Notes under the pieces: generated by a model | The model's input: the letters and a program-made list of their open reading frames with translations, nothing else | The model's database searches: none | Told to the model about the DNA's origin: nothing | Assembly: GCA_001872925.1 (NCBI GenBank) | Contig: MNYD01000069.1 | Location: 1 to 29,141 of the forward strand | Reading direction: 5' to 3' | DNA: 29,141 bases | Source: Dehalococcoidia bacterium CG2_30_46_19 | GTDB taxonomy: Bacteria; Chloroflexota; Dehalococcoidia; GIF9; AB-539-J10 | Position numbers and translations under genes: made by a program | Shown: positions 14,785-23,902 of the stretch, piece after piece | Layout of the letters: every line of letters begins with the position of its first letter | Position numbering within the stretch: the stretch's first letter is position 1

Positions 14785-15974
14785 TATTAGCTTACAGCGG
14801 TGGCCTGGATACCTCAGTAGCTATAAAATGGATTAAAGACAAATATAGTATGGATGTCATCACTCTCACCGTAGATATAGGCAATGTGGCTGACCTCGAA
14901 GCTATCAGGCAGAAAGCACTTAAACTGGGGGCGATAAAGGCATTTGTAATCGATGCCAGAGAACCCTTCGTTAATTCCTTTGTCTTTCCTGCCCTTAAAG
15001 CCAATGCTATTTACGAAGGTCAATATCCTCTAGCCTCAGCTCTTGGTCGCCCCCTTATTGCTCAATTACTGGTCGAGACAGCCAAAAAGGAAAACGCCGT
15101 AGCAGTGGCTCACGGATGCACCGGCAAAGGTAACGACCAGGTTAGATTTGATGTGAGTGTGGCCGCCCTTGCTCCCAAACTCAGGATAATTGCTCCAGCC
15201 AGAGAGTGGAACATGACCCGAGAGCAAACAATTGAATATGCCCAAAGTCATAATATTCCCATCCCTATCACTGTAGCCAGCCCCTATTCCATCGATGAGA
15301 ACTTATGGGGCAGGAGCATCGAGTGCGGCGTTCTGGAAGACCCCTGGACTGAACCCCCTGACGATGTTTTCATCTGGACGAAGTCGCCCAATGAGGCACC
15401 GGACAAAGCTGATTACATCACCATAGGTTTCGACGAAGGAATACCAATAAGCATTGATGGGCAGCGACTGAGTGGCGTAGCACTTACCCAACAAGTCCAT
15501 GAGATAGCCAGTAGACACGGCGTGGGCAGGATTGACCATGTGGAAAACAGATTGGTAGGCATAAAGTCAAGGGAGATTTATGAAGCGCCGGCAGCCACCG
15601 TGCTGACCAAAGCTCATCAGGCACTGGAAGCAATAACCCTGTCCAAAGACCAGCTTCGTTTCAATAATATTGTGGCTAGCCAATATGCTGACCTTATCTA
15701 TAATGGGTTATGGTTCTCGGGACTCCGCCAGGATTTAGCCTGTTATGTGGATAGTTCCCAAAAATATGTTACTGGTGAAGTAAAGGTTAAACTTTATAAG
15801 GGCAATTGTCACATAGCGGGCAGAAAATCGCCTTACTCCCTCTACGATTATAGCTTAGCTACATATGACAAGGGCGATGCCTTTGACAAGAGTGCCTCCC
15901 CTGGCTTCATACATATCTGGGGGCTGCCAGTGAGAACTCAATCCCAAATCCAACCACGGGCACAACGAAGATAA
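14772..15974 (+). CDS. argG: Argininosuccinate synthase
   Basis: LAYSGGLDTS, HGCTGKGNDQVRF, SIDENLWGRSIE, ENRLVGIKSREIYE. Confidence 0.98.
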   Translation: MDKVVLAYSGGLDTSVAIKWIKDKYSMDVITLTVDIGNVADLEAIRQKALKLGAIKAFVIDAREPFVNSFVFPALKANAIYEGQYPLASALGRPLIAQLLVETAKKENAVAVAHGCTGKGNDQVRFDVSVAALAPKLRIIAPAREWNMTREQTIEYAQSHNIPIPITVASPYSIDENLWGRSIECGVLEDPWTEPPDDVFIWTKSPNEAPDKADYITIGFDEGIPISIDGQRLSGVALTQQVHEIASRHGVGRIDHVENRLVGIKSREIYEAPAATVLTKAHQALEAITLSKDQLRFNNIVASQYADLIYNGLWFSGLRQDLACYVDSSQKYVTGEVKVKLYKGNCHIAGRKSPYSLYDYSLATYDKGDAFDKSASPGFIHIWGLPVRTQSQIQPRAQRR

Positions 15975-17315
15975 ATGTTACAAGGTAAAAACAAGCTAAC
16001 AATAAATTACACTGCCTCTATTCCTTTTGACCAGCGGTTATATCGCCAGGACATCAAAGGCAGCATCGCCCATGCCAGCATGCTGGCAAAGCAAGGAATA
16101 ATAACTGAGAGCGACGCTAAAGCGATAATCAAGGGGCTTAATTCTATTCGTGAGGAAATCGAGCAGGGCAAATTCCCATTCAGCACTGAGCTTGAAGATA
16201 TACACATGAATATCGAAGCCAGGCTATTCGAGAAGATAGGCGATGTAGCCGGTAAGCTTCACACCGCCCGTTCCCGAAATGACCAGGTGACTTTAGATAT
16301 GCGACTCTTCCTTAAAGAGGAGATTCCAAAAACTATAGACACCATAAAAGCCCTGCAATCCTCCCTTGTGGAACTAGCTGAAGTAAACAAAGAAGTCATC
16401 ATGCCTGGCTATACCCATCTGCAGCAAGCCCAGCCAGTCCTTCTGGCTCACCATCTGCTGGCTTACTTTGAAATGTTCCAGCGAGATAAAGAAAGATTCT
16501 CTGATTGTCTGAAACGCACCGATGTCTTACCTTTAGGCAGCGGAGCTCTAGCTGGAGTAGCTTACCCCGTAGACCGTCAATTTCTGGCTCAAGAACTGGG
16601 ATTCAGCGAGATAAGCAATAACAGCATCGACGCCGTTTCCGACAGAGACTTTGTGGTGGAATTCCAGGCAGCTGCTGCCTTAACCATGATGCATATTTCC
16701 CGACTGGCTGAGGAGATTGTTCTATGGTCGTCTAGTGAGTTTGGCTTCATAGAGATTGGCAAAGACTTCACCACAGGCTCAAGCATTATGCCTCAAAAGA
16801 AGAATCCTGATGTCGCCGAGCTAGCCAGGGGCAAGACAGGACGGATATATGGAAATCTAATGTCCATCATCACCACTATGAAAGGTTTGCCATTAGCCTA
16901 TAACCGAGATATGCAAGAGGATAAACAGGGACTTTTTGATACCTTAGATACTTTGCATTCCACCTTAGAAATATTTGCTGAAATGCTGAAGACAATCAAA
17001 GTCAATACCAGGCGTGTCCGTGAGGCTATTAAAGATTACATTCTAGCTACCGATTTAGCCGACTATCTGGTGAAGAAAGGCATGCCATTCCGGGAGGCAT
17101 ATAGTGTGGTGGCTAAACTCAGCGAATATGCTATTAATAAGGGCAAGAACTTCCGAGAGCTTAGCTTAAAGGAATACGACAAGTTCTCCCCTCTCTTTAC
17201 CGAAGACGTATATAATATAACTCTGGAATCATCCATAGCCGCTCGAAATGTCATCGGGGGCACTTCCCCACAACAAGTAGAGCAGGCGCTGAAAAAAGCA
17301 AGGGAATCTATATAA
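15975..17315 (+). CDS. argH: Argininosuccinate lyase
   Basis: EDIHMNIE, LHTARSRNDQ, MPGYTHLQQAQP, TGSSIMPQKKNPD. Confidence 0.98.
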   Translation: MLQGKNKLTINYTASIPFDQRLYRQDIKGSIAHASMLAKQGIITESDAKAIIKGLNSIREEIEQGKFPFSTELEDIHMNIEARLFEKIGDVAGKLHTARSRNDQVTLDMRLFLKEEIPKTIDTIKALQSSLVELAEVNKEVIMPGYTHLQQAQPVLLAHHLLAYFEMFQRDKERFSDCLKRTDVLPLGSGALAGVAYPVDRQFLAQELGFSEISNNSIDAVSDRDFVVEFQAAAALTMMHISRLAEEIVLWSSSEFGFIEIGKDFTTGSSIMPQKKNPDVAELARGKTGRIYGNLMSIITTMKGLPLAYNRDMQEDKQGLFDTLDTLHSTLEIFAEMLKTIKVNTRRVREAIKDYILATDLADYLVKKGMPFREAYSVVAKLSEYAINKGKNFRELSLKEYDKFSPLFTEDVYNITLESSIAARNVIGGTSPQQVEQALKKARESI

Positions 17316-17353
17316 ATGGTGCAAAAAGGAGATTATTTTAGAGAGGGATAACA

Positions 17354-18811
17354 ATGTCAGTCACAATGTCGCTGCAAGATTTTCTAGGTCGACTCAAGGG
17401 AGTATATAAGAGCATAGACTTAAGAATTGCTGCTGCGAAAGCTGACAATGCTTGGCAAAACGCTCTGACAGTTGTGCGTTTTTCATACAAGGAGCCAAAA
17501 GAGGTTGAAAATCAACAGGAGGAGCTTGAGGGCAATTGGGGGAAGGTTAAAACCGAAAATTTCAGGATCGAATTTCTAGCAAGGCCCATTGACAAGCTAA
17601 GCGTTCTATGTAAACAACTCAACCAAGGTAGACTCGAAGCTCGTGAGATTAACGCCGAATTTGGGCGGAGCATTGACCTGCTTTCACTTAAGGGTAGATT
17701 TGATAATTACGGGCAGACAAGAAGGGAGAGCCATTCATGGCCATGTTTTGAAGCGCTCAATGGTGAGCATTGCCGCCTCCTTGACGAAGAACAGTTCCAA
17801 GCGGAGGTAAAGTCTCAAACTCTTCTTGATCCCTATACGCTGATATCTGAGCTACTTGAGGTAGACTTCGCTTCACATATATCATTAGACTTAATTGTGG
17901 CTGCTCCCTTCTACGCTGCCATTAAAAATGTCGACTTTGGGGAACAAAGATGCAAGATACAGGTTAAATTCCACAAAGATATAAAGACCTTAGCAGTTAG
18001 TGCCATTGTGCGGAGAGGTGATCGGGAAAACACCCCCCTTAGAGATAAAGCTCGCTCCACAATAGATTTAGAGGAAGCCGAAGAACTAGACGAATATATG
18101 AGACTCTGGACAAAACAACATAATTTGTTAGAGGCAACACCTGCTGACTATCTGTCCGTAAATCTGATACAAACAGAACCGACTGCCCTAGATATTGAGA
18201 AGCCATCCTTTCCTACGCAGATAAGTCGGCTTCTAGAATCAAAGAGACCTGAGAAAGCTCCGTTAGTGGCAGCTTGTCGTCGGTTCCTTACTGAAGACGA
18301 GCTTGAGCAGTATCTTACCAAGACTGTTAAAGCTCCTTCGCCATATAAGGAAGGCAAGAAGGATGCAAGCGCTACTTTTGAGCTTGCAGTAGCGTGGCTT
18401 TTGGGCCTTTGCGGCTTTAATATTGTTTGGCTCGGCCAAACCAAACATGAAACACTGAAGGAAGACAAAGTAACACGCTTTAGCATAGATATGTTGGCTT
18501 CCCATCAGGAAAGCAAAAGTTTGTTGCTCTTGGTAGGTTGCACAATTGGCAGCCCTAACAACAAGGATATTGATAGTCTTAAGTCTGTCCACAGGATATT
18601 GCAGGACGAAGTCTTTAAAGATACTCAGGTTCAAGTAAAGCCCTTTGTTTTCTCCGCAGCACCAGACTTAAGCGATAAGGAAAGGGATGGTGTTAAAGTG
18701 CTTGACGGAGGTGATATTAGGGGTATCTTAAACTATGTGAGACAAGGCCAAATACAGCGCGCCTTAAACGAATATTTCGGTCACGAGCTAGGCTTTAAGA
18801 TAGGGTCATGA
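17354..18811 (+). CDS. Hypothetical protein with a C-terminal Mrr-like / PD-(D/E)xK-fold domain with degenerate catalytic motif
   Basis: FELAVAWLLGLCGF...IDMLA...LLVGCT...VKVLDGGDIRGIL follows the Mrr catalytic-domain layout, but G-C-T replaces (Q/E)-x-K. The N-terminal 330 aa are unrecognised. Confidence 0.45.
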   Translation: MSVTMSLQDFLGRLKGVYKSIDLRIAAAKADNAWQNALTVVRFSYKEPKEVENQQEELEGNWGKVKTENFRIEFLARPIDKLSVLCKQLNQGRLEAREINAEFGRSIDLLSLKGRFDNYGQTRRESHSWPCFEALNGEHCRLLDEEQFQAEVKSQTLLDPYTLISELLEVDFASHISLDLIVAAPFYAAIKNVDFGEQRCKIQVKFHKDIKTLAVSAIVRRGDRENTPLRDKARSTIDLEEAEELDEYMRLWTKQHNLLEATPADYLSVNLIQTEPTALDIEKPSFPTQISRLLESKRPEKAPLVAACRRFLTEDELEQYLTKTVKAPSPYKEGKKDASATFELAVAWLLGLCGFNIVWLGQTKHETLKEDKVTRFSIDMLASHQESKSLLLLVGCTIGSPNNKDIDSLKSVHRILQDEVFKDTQVQVKPFVFSAAPDLSDKERDGVKVLDGGDIRGILNYVRQGQIQRALNEYFGHELGFKIGS

Positions 18812-18873
18812 ATATGAACACCAATAGAATTGGACATTTAGAAGGATACACGATAGTAGAAACTCAAAAGTGA
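18808..18873 (+). other. 21-codon mini-ORF (MNMNTNRIGHLEGYTIVETQK) overlapping both neighbouring genes
   Basis: Its ATG overlaps the upstream stop (ATGA) and its stop overlaps the methyltransferase GTG (GTGA). Confidence 0.4.
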
Positions 18874-20213
18874 AAGCAAACGTAAGGCAGCTGAACTTAT
18901 TCCCCACCATAGAAAGGGGGCAATTAGAGGGAAAATACTCCTCTTTGATAAAGGAAAGACTTGATTTTCGCTCATTTCTCGGATTCAGGCTTAATAAAGC
19001 AGAGCCCATCTTCAGATGGTTCAGGTTTAAGGAAGCTTTCTCTGGGCGGCTTGTTGAGGAAATATTAACTAATGAGTGGAAGCTCCCCCCCGATTCTTTA
19101 ATCTTTGACCCATTTGCTGGCTGTGGGACTACTTTGCTTACTTGTCAGCAGTCGGGGTATCCAGCTATCGGGATTGACATTTTACCTATAGCCGTCTTCG
19201 CCAGTAAAGTGAAGCTACATGCTGAATATGATTTGGATGAATTGAGGAGAACTGCTGATGAACTCCGAAGCAAGCCTTTCTCCTCCACAGGTAAATCCTT
19301 CCCAAGAATTCGAATTATTGACCTCGCTCTCCCTCAAGAAGCCCAAGAGAAGCTTCTCTTTTACCGGGAGCAAATATCGAATATTCAAGAACCTTCAATT
19401 CGTGATTTCTTAATGCTAGGGCTTTTAACAAGCATTGAGGAAGCCAGCTATACCTCTAAAGACGGACAATTCCTGAGACTTGTAGAAAGGCCGCCACAAT
19501 CGGTTGAGGCGATTTTTGAAAGTAAACTAGAGGAGATGCTTGCTGATTTAAACAAACTTGATGGAACGAAACAGGGGTCTAAAACTCAGATTTTCCTAGG
19601 AGATGCTCGCAGGCTTCCTATTCAAGCTCTGAGATATAAAGGCAAGGTATCAGGAATCATTACTTCTCCTCCTTACCTAAATAGGTATGACTACTCTAGG
19701 ACTTACGCTTTAGAACTGTGTTTACTCTACAATGAGCAAGGAGAGCCGTGGGTTAAAGACTTTGAAGGCCTCAAAAATATCCGTCATAGCCTGCTTCGCT
19801 CTCATATTGAGTCATCGCCCACTCCCACCAATTCAGTAAAAGTCCCTGCTCTGGAAGAAGTGTTAAATTGCCTTGAATTAAAACAGCTTAATAACCCTCG
19901 TATTCCTATAATGATTGAAGGCTACTTTGAGGACATGAATCTAGCAACTCGGGAGATGGCAAAGATGCTTAAGCCTGGAGGGTTAGTTGCTTTAGTGGTA
20001 GATAACGTCCGATTTGAAGGAGAATTGATCCCCGTTGATTTAATCCTCTGTGAGATAGCAGCGAAGCATAAATTAAAGGCTCTTGAAGTTAGAGTAACAA
20101 GATATAAAGGGAATAGCTCTCAGCAGATGGGACGGTATGGAAGAGTTCCAGTGCGAGAAAGTATAGTTTTCTGGCAGAAGGAAATTCCCGGAGGGAATGA
20201 TGACCTCTCCTAA
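18870..20213 (+). CDS. Type II DNA N4-cytosine methyltransferase (motif I before motif IV, alpha-type order)
   Basis: FDPFAGCGTT (SAM binding) near aa 80, and ITSPPYLN (SPPY) about 185 aa later. Confidence 0.88.
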   Translation: MKANVRQLNLFPTIERGQLEGKYSSLIKERLDFRSFLGFRLNKAEPIFRWFRFKEAFSGRLVEEILTNEWKLPPDSLIFDPFAGCGTTLLTCQQSGYPAIGIDILPIAVFASKVKLHAEYDLDELRRTADELRSKPFSSTGKSFPRIRIIDLALPQEAQEKLLFYREQISNIQEPSIRDFLMLGLLTSIEEASYTSKDGQFLRLVERPPQSVEAIFESKLEEMLADLNKLDGTKQGSKTQIFLGDARRLPIQALRYKGKVSGIITSPPYLNRYDYSRTYALELCLLYNEQGEPWVKDFEGLKNIRHSLLRSHIESSPTPTNSVKVPALEEVLNCLELKQLNNPRIPIMIEGYFEDMNLATREMAKMLKPGGLVALVVDNVRFEGELIPVDLILCEIAAKHKLKALEVRVTRYKGNSSQQMGRYGRVPVRESIVFWQKEIPGGNDDLS

Positions 20214-21189
20214 AGAAATAGCTCAGACCCAATACAGCTTGAGAGCTTTTTTCTTTTACCGTGCTCGCAAAACATTTCGAACTCTATGTGAGCTTGTAGA
20301 GAAAACTGACTTCACAAAATATGATTGGAGTCATTTTCAGGAACTGGGTATTTCTAAGCCGAGTTGGAAATATATTCAAAAGAACAAAATCCATCCTTCT
20401 TTGATTTTCTGTCATCCTCAGCTTATTATGGATACCCCTGTTTTGGTAGGATATTATCGCTCTCTGGCTCTATTACCTCAGAAGGGACTGGGAAGACTTG
20501 CTTTTAGCACTAAAAGCCTCGAGGAGGGGGAAAAACGAAGTTTATCCAAGATTAAAGCCACGCAAATTTCAAAAGTAATTAATAACCTTATCAGCTCACT
20601 TATAGATAGTGATCCAAACTTCTCCGTTGAAGAGATACGGTTAGCGGCTCAAGCAAACTTAGGAACGCAGATTAATGGCTCTTGGCGAAATGAGATAGGA
20701 AACGAAGGAAGCCGACGCGTTCATGCGATTATACTGAAGCATTTCTTGGACAAGACTCAAATTTTAGAGATTATCCTGAAAGATGGTACTATTGCCCCTC
20801 CTGCTAGAATTCCCGCTTCAGTTGACGATGTTGCAGGTCTTAAGCTTGTGAATGGATATAAAGTTCTTTTTGGCACTGAACCGGATATATCTATTCGGAA
20901 TCCTCAAGGTGTGTTAGAAGGAGCGATAGAGATAAAAGCCGGGTTAGATCCAGCAGGAGCGTTAGAAAGATATGGAGCAGCAAAGAAGTCCTTTGACAAA
21001 GCTTTGAGTGAGAACAAAGCTGCTATAACCTTTTACGTCGCCAGTTCCCCTATGCTTACCGCTGCTGTTATGGATGCTATAGCCGGTGATCGGCTGGTTA
21101 GGAAAGAGTTTAACTTAACCGAGATCTTTGTTAATGATACGGCAAGGGAAGAATTCTTAAAGGATTTTGACTGGGTGAGTCATTTGTAA
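20197..21189 (+). CDS. Type II restriction endonuclease, XcyI-like family
   Basis: LRAFFFYR, LGIS, F.HP, VGYYR, GSWRN..G, EPDI and AIEIKAGLDPAGALERYGAAKKSF (PD...E-x-K). It overlaps the methyltransferase stop. The family call is from recall. Confidence 0.75.
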   Translation: MMTSPKEIAQTQYSLRAFFFYRARKTFRTLCELVEKTDFTKYDWSHFQELGISKPSWKYIQKNKIHPSLIFCHPQLIMDTPVLVGYYRSLALLPQKGLGRLAFSTKSLEEGEKRSLSKIKATQISKVINNLISSLIDSDPNFSVEEIRLAAQANLGTQINGSWRNEIGNEGSRRVHAIILKHFLDKTQILEIILKDGTIAPPARIPASVDDVAGLKLVNGYKVLFGTEPDISIRNPQGVLEGAIEIKAGLDPAGALERYGAAKKSFDKALSENKAAITFYVASSPMLTAAVMDAIAGDRLVRKEFNLTEIFVNDTAREEFLKDFDWVSHL

Positions 21190-21202
21190 GCTTTTTAGCG
21201 AA

Positions 21203-21868
21203 ATGAAAACTAAGGTTAAATTAGCGCCATCAATTCTTAGTGCTGATTTTGCTCGGCTTGGCGAGCAAGTTGCCGAGGCTACCAGAGCAGGCGCTGATTA
21301 TATTCACATCGACGTTATGGATGGTCATTTTGTGCCTAACATCTCCATTGGTATTCCCATAATAGCTTCCCTTCACTCCTGGACCAACCTACCGTTAGAT
21401 GTCCACCTCATGATACAACACCCTGAACGCTGTATTTCCCAATTTGCTAAATCCGGCGCTGATATAATCACCATCCATGTCGAAGCTTGTTCATCTCTTC
21501 ACCGGGTGATTCACTCAATAAAGGAATTAAACGTAAAAGCTGGAGTAGCGTTAAATCCCGCTACCACATTAACTTCTGTAGAGGAAATTATCCCCTACGT
21601 TGATTTGATTCTGATTATGAGTGTTGAACCTGGCTATGGAGGACAGAGTTTCATCCCATCATCGCTGGACAAGATATCGAGGTTACGCAAAATGCTGGAT
21701 AACAAAAAGAGCAACGCTGAACTCGAGGTTGACGGCGGCATCACCATTGATAATGCAACGAGCATAGTCCAAGCTGGAGCCGATGTCCTGGCAATTGGAA
21801 GCAGTATATTTAACGCCAAAAAGGGAATAAGCCAGGCAATGCAAATGTTTAGAAAGGCGGTAAGTTAG
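21203..21868 (+). CDS. rpe: Ribulose-phosphate 3-epimerase
   Basis: APSILSADF, HIDVMDGHFVPN, DVHLMI, MSVEPGYGGQ, EVDGGI. Confidence 0.97.
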   Translation: MKTKVKLAPSILSADFARLGEQVAEATRAGADYIHIDVMDGHFVPNISIGIPIIASLHSWTNLPLDVHLMIQHPERCISQFAKSGADIITIHVEACSSLHRVIHSIKELNVKAGVALNPATTLTSVEEIIPYVDLILIMSVEPGYGGQSFIPSSLDKISRLRKMLDNKKSNAELEVDGGITIDNATSIVQAGADVLAIGSSIFNAKKGISQAMQMFRKAVS

Positions 21869-22047
21869 CGTGCTTCCTTATACTGGGTGCGCAAGCAACG
21901 GGTGCAGATATTTACTTTTCCCTTTTTGCCATTTATTATAATAGTAGCGCGATGGACATTAGGCAGCCAGCGTCGCTTGGTATGCCGCTTGGAATGGCTT
22001 ACACTATTACCAGAATGAGCTCTTTTCCCACAAATATCACATTTCAT
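21865..22047 (-). CDS. rpmB: 50S ribosomal protein L28
   Basis: CDICGK...GNSVSHSKRHTKRRWLPNVH...ICTRCLR, with RBS AGGTGGAG. Confidence 0.95.
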   Translation of the reverse strand: MKCDICGKRAHSGNSVSHSKRHTKRRWLPNVHRATIIINGKKGKVNICTRCLRTQYKEAR

Positions 22048-22104
22048 AAGATACTCTCCACCTTTCTATCTTACCTTGTATAATGATGTTATCATAATAC
22101 TTAT

Positions 22105-23754
22105 GTGGTAAGCAACGGAAAAATGGAAGGAAATTCAGTTACAGGGCAACGATTCAAAGAGATGTTTGATGCCGGAACTGCCTGGTTGGAAAAGTGTGTT
22201 CCTGAAATCAACGCCATAAACGTCTTTCCTGTCCCTGACGGAGATACCGGGACCAACATGCTGCTTACCATGCATTCTGCCATGGAGGCGGTACATCAAA
22301 ACCATGATGACGATGTTTCAGCGATAGCCGAAACCATTGCTCAGGGTGCACTGATGGGAGCTCGAGGCAACTCAGGCGTGATACTGTCCCAATTCTGGAA
22401 AGGCTTCGCCAAAGGATTAGATGGTAACAAGCAACTTAGCACTAAAGCTTTAGCCAGAGCGCTATCGGAAGCATCGCAAGCTGCCTATGAAGGGCTTGTC
22501 AATCCAGTGGAAGGCACCATGTTAACGGTGCTTTATGATTCAGCCAATGCTGCTAAAGCTGCTGCAAAAGCCAATCCCAGAAACCTAATCAAAACGCTCG
22601 ATACTGCCGTGGAGGCAGCCAAAGGCTCGGTAGCCAACACACCTAACCTGCTACCTGTGTTACGGGAGGCAGGCGTGGTGGATGCCGGTGGTCAGGGTTT
22701 GTATGTTCTCCTCGAGGGCGCACTACTCTACCTTAAAGGCGAAACCGATACGCTAAAGCAGCGAAAACCGCAGTTGATTCCCACAAGCGCACCATTAGCC
22801 TTGGGGATAACTCAGATGCCCGCCGAGGTAGAGGTTCCCTACGGTTATTGCATCAATTTCCTATTGGAAGGGCAAAATCTTAACCCGAAAAAGATCAAGG
22901 AAAACTTGAAAAAGAAGGGACAGTCCCTGGTAATCACCGGTAATAACTCTAAAATTAAAGTCCACCTCCATAGCTTCAAACCTGGCGAGATAATTGACTA
23001 CGCCACAAATCAAGGAGTATTGCACCAAATAAAAATTGATAACATGGATGACCAATATGCCGAGTTCATCAAAATGCAGCGAAAAAGATTGCCCCCGCTA
23101 GATACCGCTATAGTAGCAATTGCTCCTGGTGAAGGTCTTTTCAAAGTATTCAAAAGCCTGGGAGCCACTATCATCATCCCGGGCGGACAAACTATGAATC
23201 CAAGCGTCCGTGAGCTGCTGGAAGCAGTGAATTCAGCTCCATCAAATAATGTTATATTACTGCCCAATAATAAGAACATCATCGTCGCCGCCTTCCAGGT
23301 TCAACCACTAACCTCAAAGAATGTTAAGGTGATACCCACCAAAACCATACCTCAAGGCATCTCTGCTCTGCTCTCCTTTAACTACGATATGAATCTGGAG
23401 AAGAATGCTTCCACTATGGAAGAAGCGATGAAAATGGTGAAATCCATAGAAATCACTAAATCAGTTCGGAAAAGTCAAATCAATGGTATGAACATAAAGA
23501 AGGGAGAATTTATTGCTGTTTTAGATGACAAAGAGCTGCTAGCCAGTGGTAAAAAGGTTAAAGATGTCATTACCAATGCTCTGGACAAAGCAGAGGTTAA
23601 AAATGCTGAACTGGTAAGTATTTACTACGGCGCTGAAACTAAACCCGATGAAGCTGAGAAAATAGCCAGCGAAATTCAAGATGAATTTTCAGTTGAAGTT
23701 GAAACAGTTCAAGGTGGACAACCCTACTATAACTATATAATTTCGCTGGAATAA
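22105..23754 (+). CDS. DAK2-domain fusion protein (YloV / fatty acid kinase FakA-like)
   Basis: INAINVFPVPDGDTGTNM, GARGNSGVILSQ, EGTMLTV, VVDAGGQG, GGQTMNPS, GGQPYYNYIISLE. Confidence 0.93.
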   Translation: MVSNGKMEGNSVTGQRFKEMFDAGTAWLEKCVPEINAINVFPVPDGDTGTNMLLTMHSAMEAVHQNHDDDVSAIAETIAQGALMGARGNSGVILSQFWKGFAKGLDGNKQLSTKALARALSEASQAAYEGLVNPVEGTMLTVLYDSANAAKAAAKANPRNLIKTLDTAVEAAKGSVANTPNLLPVLREAGVVDAGGQGLYVLLEGALLYLKGETDTLKQRKPQLIPTSAPLALGITQMPAEVEVPYGYCINFLLEGQNLNPKKIKENLKKKGQSLVITGNNSKIKVHLHSFKPGEIIDYATNQGVLHQIKIDNMDDQYAEFIKMQRKRLPPLDTAIVAIAPGEGLFKVFKSLGATIIIPGGQTMNPSVRELLEAVNSAPSNNVILLPNNKNIIVAAFQVQPLTSKNVKVIPTKTIPQGISALLSFNYDMNLEKNASTMEEAMKMVKSIEITKSVRKSQINGMNIKKGEFIAVLDDKELLASGKKVKDVITNALDKAEVKNAELVSIYYGAETKPDEAEKIASEIQDEFSVEVETVQGGQPYYNYIISLE

Positions 23755-23774
23755 AAATTTGGAGGTTATTTATT

Positions 23775-23902
23775 TGTCATTGCGAGGAGCGTAGCGGTTG
23801 CGAGTCGTAGCCGAAGCAAACTGGAGCATGAGATTCCTCGTTTCACTCGGAACAAGCTCCGCAATCTGGAAAGGAGATTGCCACGCTTCGCTCGCAATGA
23901 CA
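23775..23902. mobile_element. Family A MITE-like element, two-armed copy (128 bp) with 12-bp perfect terminal inverted repeats
   Basis: TGTCATTGCGAG ... CTCGCAATGACA, with an internal reversed half-copy AGATTCCTCGTTTCACTCGGAAC (23831-23853). No target-site duplication is evident. Confidence 0.85.

Noticed and set aside
16265-16290. CGAAATGACC in argH resembling the repeat end (..CAATGACA)
   Set aside because: It encodes the conserved SRNDQ motif of argininosuccinate lyase, so the match is coincidental.
17316-21202. Defence insert as an integrative mobile element
   Set aside because: I saw no integrase, transposase, tRNA or flanking direct repeat. It is reported only as an accessory gene block.
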